Below, one piece after another: positions 52,201-54,080 of a DNA stretch of 54,080 nt (positions are counted from its first letter, which is position 1; the number at the start of each line of letters is the position of its first letter). The position numbers were made by a program, and so were the translations under genes. Source of the stretch: Clostridia bacterium (GTDB lineage Bacteria > Bacillota > Clostridia > Christensenellales > UBA1242). Under the pieces are notes generated by a model. That model did not search any database. It worked only from the letters and a program-made list of their open reading frames with translations, and had not been told where the DNA came from. Location: the NCBI GenBank assembly GCA_017619495.1, contig JAFZSF010000018.1:1-54080 (forward strand), in the 5' to 3' direction.

Positions 52201-53739
52201 AATATATTGCATGGTACCATGGGTGGCGGTACCAGCATCGTAAATAAACGCGACATCTTGGTTCGTACCGCTGGAATCTACCTCGCGGTAAAAATAGCGG
52301 TCAGAACCATAATAAGAACTCATAAAAGTTGGGTCGGTCGATACCGCGGCGGTACCATTGGTATTAATTGTCAAGTTAAGACCGGTCACCTCTTTTATAA
52401 TATATTCGCTATCGCCAGCCGCAGCCTCAGGCGAAGTGTATTTCATATGATAGGTAGAACCGAGCGTATCCGTCCCGCTTGCGGCATACATTACATAGCG
52501 CGCACGCACACCAATGGTTCCGATATTTGTCAATTGCGGGACATCTTGACCCCAAATTCCATTACCGTACAGTCCCTTCGACATTGTCGAACCAAACCAC
52601 GTATTACCGTTATTGTTAGTATATTGGTACACCCAAGCAGTTTTGATACCACTAACATATTCCACACTCTCCGGAACATACGCACCAGTATTTCCCGTGT
52701 TTTTTAAAGTTAGAGCCGTTCCATCATATGTTTTACTGGCACCCTCTGGCAATGTCGTTGGGTCGATGCGATAAAAGCTAACTCCACCATTTCCATTATA
52801 TGGATTTCTCGTATAGCCCGTTATATCACTGGTACACAGCGGATAGCAGTTCGGCGAACATGAACCGCCACCACCCTGGGCTGGGCCGCTATTCCTTAGA
52901 CTACCCCCACCATCAACATACGCAAAAGCACTGCCACCACCACCGTCGTTGTACCCCGCACCACCACCTGAGCCGGACACCATCGTAGATCCACCATACA
53001 CACCAACATAATAATAGCTCCCATTCGGGCTCTTTGTTTTACTCGTACTGGAATAAGAATTGGGCCCCTGAAAACCGCCCGATGATTGCGAAGCCGGGGT
53101 TCCCGGCATCCAATAGTAAGAACCACTACCATTTGACATGGATTTGCTAATCGCCCAACCTGAAAACTTTGCAGCCATTGCTTGACCATAGTTGCTATAA
53201 TTGGCGCCAGCCCATGTAGCATCAGCAATTAACTTATAATTAGTATAGCCAATGCCACTACCCGCTTCTGAGGTACCGCCGCCGCCACCACCACCGGCCA
53301 CGGCAGAGGTATCGGTCTGTCCATTGGGGCGTCCGAAGTTCGTTGAGATTGTGGTTTTTCCGCCACCTCTAGAACCATAGCTGGAACTATAAGGATTGCC
53401 CCCACCCTGACCTATTCTCACGGTCATACTGTTGCCTTTGTAAAACGCCAGACATACTGCCCCATAACCTTGCTTACTTCCATTACCATCCTGACCCCAG
53501 AATCTTACTGCATAGACTCCATTGTCAAAATTTAATGTGTAACTTTTATCACAGTTCTTTGAAGGGCCAGTAAGATCAAATGTTGTTTGCCCCGTAAAAT
53601 TTTTCGTTTCTGCCGCTGCCTCAATTGCGGGGTTATCGGAATTAGATAGTCCGCGGAACTTAAAGACCGCCGAAAACAGCGCACACGCGGCAACCAGTAC
53701 CGACATGATTATAATGGACGCTTTGGCTCTTTTGTTCAC
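43138..53739 (-). CDS. Giant membrane-anchored surface protein (3533 aa), putative adhesin
   Basis: N-terminal signal/anchor, Gly-rich domain, about 20 degenerate beta-rich modules (Y[DNT]G..Q.L ... NAG.Y..W), InlB B-repeat-like unit, C-terminal TM helix and basic tail; no LPxTG. Confidence 0.9.
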   Translation of the reverse strand: MNKRAKASIIIMSVLVAACALFSAVFKFRGLSNSDNPAIEAAAETKNFTGQTTFDLTGPSKNCDKSYTLNFDNGVYAVRFWGQDGNGSKQGYGAVCLAFYKGNSMTVRIGQGGGNPYSSSYGSRGGGKTTISTNFGRPNGQTDTSAVAGGGGGGGTSEAGSGIGYTNYKLIADATWAGANYSNYGQAMAAKFSGWAISKSMSNGSGSYYWMPGTPASQSSGGFQGPNSYSSTSKTKSPNGSYYYVGVYGGSTMVSGSGGGAGYNDGGGGSAFAYVDGGGSLRNSGPAQGGGGSCSPNCYPLCTSDITGYTRNPYNGNGGVSFYRIDPTTLPEGASKTYDGTALTLKNTGNTGAYVPESVEYVSGIKTAWVYQYTNNNGNTWFGSTMSKGLYGNGIWGQDVPQLTNIGTIGVRARYVMYAASGTDTLGSTYHMKYTSPEAAAGDSEYIIKEVTGLNLTINTNGTAAVSTDPTFMSSYYGSDRYFYREVDSSGTNQDVAFIYDAGTATHGTMQYILYKSDAYWTQGAVEVNWTTDKAAIKAKAPGYYLVKWYAKGDAGYNDSGQGSKSVQILTQAKLKKPKAPTVTATSTPYTGNAIKLLSAAATNDGNPSGSYTIKYKVDSGSWVTDINSVTATNAGTYTVYYYAASTNTTNYIDSDQGYVTVTITKVNGSISKNTLAAVTGLKYNNGDQSLFTGTPTRSGDGTIYYRVIKSTATSAPTASTGSGENSTLSNMKGKDAYTGTTQYRYYLYYRVAAGTNHNAVDWTYSGVYGYIAKGEFTCSGTAATAVTYDGATHCPLTTTTAPTLSATGLTTSMVTTTYSMTQTSSGWSTSYNNQTWDTLKVKPKNAGTYELTVKWTPTSSYTDNIAGGSKSFTFTINKTSVSSKVSVTSLSVASSVNVGTNGVWTAPFASTSKIDLQYSGNSDAGWNGLSSETGTTYNNCYYAFVAENTQPAASATSWVETASTTALINGIKALKPTASGTWTLWLKVKTHYNFATNMIIKAAQITANGYNAATIPLTGVTMTGASTYGANGLIPYDGAAHSVIAAGTLASSHTALTLGTVSYAVGDSATVAPTTGWQTSTSSLPTFTNICTKYLWVKWTASTNVAASDGRMYAKFEIQQFSLDTANCNIYFAGVTFNGGTPERSVEDDIAFDNYNLPFNNGNQRMIAGDSAPTIKAYYKSGSKTTGDLATDFGTFEIGVSEALDAMTGNYYGLTGTNYRNVVAKNGSHYVWIRWSGSDNVKAGAMAYRIYDSSRAVYATPKMNIVSLTSLTDSNFAVTNTFLEETNGGSHQFRYLFEDNTYVPQGQPLFQVKSAVSFTINGSAYSSTGVSSEYLLITSNDKSVATSSNFASQWKSEIGAAQQSDLGSYYMFVRITINDDYVNASYVYMHPTAASITSTTSFVQVAPTPIDGIVFTADNDKHQLITASAQLAPKVEYSLGQLTANASGQWVWTQDVTAESLKWAQAGSFKVYYRGASYTSGGKTIFTTQVKEDTTKALTDINRYNYSYVTVSINKASAMFDPAAMPQAKSGVYYTGSNIPCTQLFTDGKAKLQSSSTEIPLVYSWSGSASGWYDYGANELSIKDAGVKTLFFKAKPGANSSVDDANEIMSIAVTINKVEVEISAPVIANGGVLTYKGGDYQILLQSGNYFLQHNGTRLTVSGANIAYSFYKNGTYLINGVQRHGNFGAISYAVSNSTDVNSLTVESWKSNYQDLKVSRVGTYYIWMKVDAGDNHIAHNPVCFSSSPITITRASASDIRLNQSSYTVQKEANGDDLRFNGLARNLISDLQLSIQILDRDENGNAKISGTDNVYRTIPSGENIGEIFYAITDVSETAPAITDRTATGWRSMWQNLSRVHYGNYKLWVMLYVSDTNTESNISTVVECLSTLAVDGDAPVRQAISIGKAIKSDLSVSGLYGMTEMFTGANIMVKDQKLVGGNLSVRITGSNYNLSDEINNAANTYVLWNVTEHGSAQPTASQYTVWADTGAVGIGQYQLYFKIAIKDGVNDIAVDDLIFELFSNNTYAQIIPTNELSMKINVPSLNRNLAYDGTEQCLIAGAASLEMKNGNNSFIVPANNTQPKFGQASYYISGSPETLTKTGTFDNTGAGEDGWYTDITVNGKLKQANTGTYYIWIKFGAGYSHTEIEPRYIGSVTIGQAAENDIVLSGITFVPRLSYDGSEKQLISTGVTQRFKTSGILLSNINDYSKIEYAYSNDPLVAPVASVSAWLENINDLKASNAGQYYIWVKVTSIVNPATGARNIADYYKCYCIDPERDFTEIAAADLEYSYFNNSITPRTEGLRYIGQDQQQILATVTLNSEAKLPIVINGNDVNTTAYNNNIDVKWGLGDSATLAGKPITWYEDINELKGTNAGNYYLWVWVKTNGDNENLNEYLKCFAVVNIAPAQIILTAPSYYGDDSDGLIYNGESQNLLKGVASAKFLATGIYYGAGQYYDVDDDLQIKYSVNTVLKTSDSADIQALTGVNAGNYTVNYGVFAGENWNQSVGSVIVSIAQCNAALGLNEVPYALDSVVYTDYYDSVAKERKGSVQNLIAYGSLTSLALHHCAIEFWYEGETQHYRYYYDAVKGGYTWLNDAELPGRINAANDYKINYQVIALDASGNYCNSAVEYLNAQINPRPIRWETKPEAISGLKYSGKPQRALEEGRLNVNADALGVTIYYSKVAPGVDAEHRLWNQAVPEVDSIGLWDIYYYVELDSNNVFVGDAADENDPLKGTLVQVLVERYILNIRTAPESSSIMYTAVSQNLITYSSLSVETRKFAIKEYFIGKSIEDNSVVITDQMATEIQNYLLGNNYIDEITFKLSSAYFAALENGTLEVLPALLVNHADSIYELIDNTLNTQNVYGAQFSNLDLPYFEYRFNPDAQITQERGLSTRWQQGNITAMNQGEYVIDCRLVYKKSIFTLAGYLPSGYELKTFDDRAEYGNLPYGTLTARIQAMSFPVDSVRAVIKKKTNGEITANDEIVSGGTFTREQAKNLYLDFECNFQNELLNDGNVRYYYRVYDEYNKHEDFDRQWTPDTEFNLGTYQFMVSVLRDEENKNFEEYNQTRAFSQITIAEDRAVLIEMPLGTYSDVAYVRAWIDFTGEMAYEDSPFKYQHEVNTMNSLFHVFENVNSVGKDGRAVVRIKTINNENYFRTWNDYYKKEINRKTNSVDMAEDEQYYLGKNNEYIGLSVPEIKFYLYQVYAIQYDKNGAEPLSEGVAPQQGWKWHGIPYKLDENIYKKKSEDGSLLNPNGWTITRAGDGKIYPKGSHYEGNVSQIFYANFFNAEDEKYKIEWIITAGNTTYQLSSTGKWFKVEENDSRDTGIFVAEGEIIPLPQIITDEDGNKFWSGLLFGGYHILGWKDEDGAIYNVDTMHATRDVTYTASVDNEMLVYNAKTVRYVFTNEKDEVINDSGDFASGASACMSLSGMSLEKIKAYYEGYDEWIKKYGNEQIKTKENEDSSYYEHNLGAAAVVEKPGKEETEEEGREGMDEYFVMFIIIAAGVITLGVTLAIYKVMCRRKKGVKIKRFKEERAKG

Positions 53740-53943
53740 GGTCTAATTCAATCCCCCAATTAACACTATTATTTAACACAAAATTCAATTTATGTAAAAC
53801 AAAAAAGACTATTATTTCTTCATGATCCATTTCACTACTGTTACGCATTACTGACAACTAGAATTTAGATTAGCTGTAGTGTGACGACTTGATTGCCAGC
53901 TTATGCGGGTACTTGAAAATCCAAATTAAAGTTGCAGTTAAAA

Positions 53944-54080
53944 TCAAATACTATTTCTTTACTGCCACCTACCCCTTGGCTCTCTCTTCTTTGAACCTTT
54001 TTATCTTTACTCCCTTCTTCCTCCTGCACATCACTTTGTAGATCGCTAACGTTACTCCTAGCGTTATTACTCCGGCTGCT
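53944..54080 (+). repeat. 137-bp exact direct repeat, copy 2 (cut by window end)
   Basis: Identical to 43113-43249; identity continues to the last base of the window. Confidence 0.97.
53969..54080 (-). CDS. 3' end of a second gene with the same TM anchor and tail (partial)
   Basis: Reads ...AAGVITLGVTLAIYKVMCRRKKGVKIKRFKEERAKG-stop, identical to the C-terminus of the 3533-aa protein. Confidence 0.75.
   Translation of the reverse strand, partial: AAGVITLGVTLAIYKVMCRRKKGVKIKRFKEERAKG

Noticed and set aside
233-53857. Many short or antisense ORFs in the six-frame track (e.g. 233-682, 11533-12108, 15546-16034, 21032-21577, 22400-22963, 52036-52707, 53660-53857)
   Set aside because: They overlap well-supported genes on the opposite strand or in another frame and show no recognisable motifs
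43113-53943. Prophage or integrative element bounded by att sites
   Set aside because: The interval holds one surface-protein gene and no integrase, transposase or phage genes; the repeat is mostly coding sequence
43113-54080. Diversity-generating retroelement (TR/VR pair) as the explanation of the repeat
   Set aside because: The two visible copies are identical with no adenine-specific mismatches, the repeat encodes a TM anchor rather than a variable ligand-binding domain, and no reverse transcriptase is in the window
1-54080. Alternative genetic code (TGA as Trp), as in Mollicutes
   Set aside because: Conserved Trp residues use TGG, and TGA ends several genes at their expected C-termini (e.g. 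rpmE, yaaT, spmA)
1-54080. CRISPR array, rRNA or IS element
   Set aside because: No regularly spaced repeats, rRNA-like sequence or transposase ORF was seen

Overview
A compact, gene-dense chromosomal segment from a probably spore-forming, reduced-genome Bacillota (Clostridia-like) bacterium; this taxonomy is an inference from gene content. It holds mostly housekeeping genes with scrambled synteny: rsmA, tatD, greA, ileS, rnr, secG, rpoBC, tmk, holB, rbgA, trmD, rimM, thrS, nrdR, prfA, prmC, rpmE, murC, rpsF-ssb-rpsR, rplM-rpsI, tRNA-Phe and tRNA-Met. Sporulation-associated genes are also present (stand-alone Spo0A C-terminal domain, spmAB, ytxC, yaaT, spoIVFB), as are a four-gene insert between trmD and rbgA, an orphan 1163-aa protein and a 3533-aa surface protein. 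Five things stand out. (1) The giant gene's 3' end, which has strongly purine-skewed codons, recurs identically (137 bp) 10,831 bp away, suggesting an array of giant surface genes sharing a constant membrane-anchor cassette. (2) About a dozen genes have a -10 box 5-8 nt before the start codon, implying pervasive leaderless mRNAs. (3) RNA polymerase is altered at the rifampicin pocket, trigger loop and NRAP motif. (4) IleRS2 carries a CLHH signature in place of HIGH. (5) MreB, S6 and HolB are degenerate. No CRISPR array, integrase, transposase or reverse transcriptase was seen.
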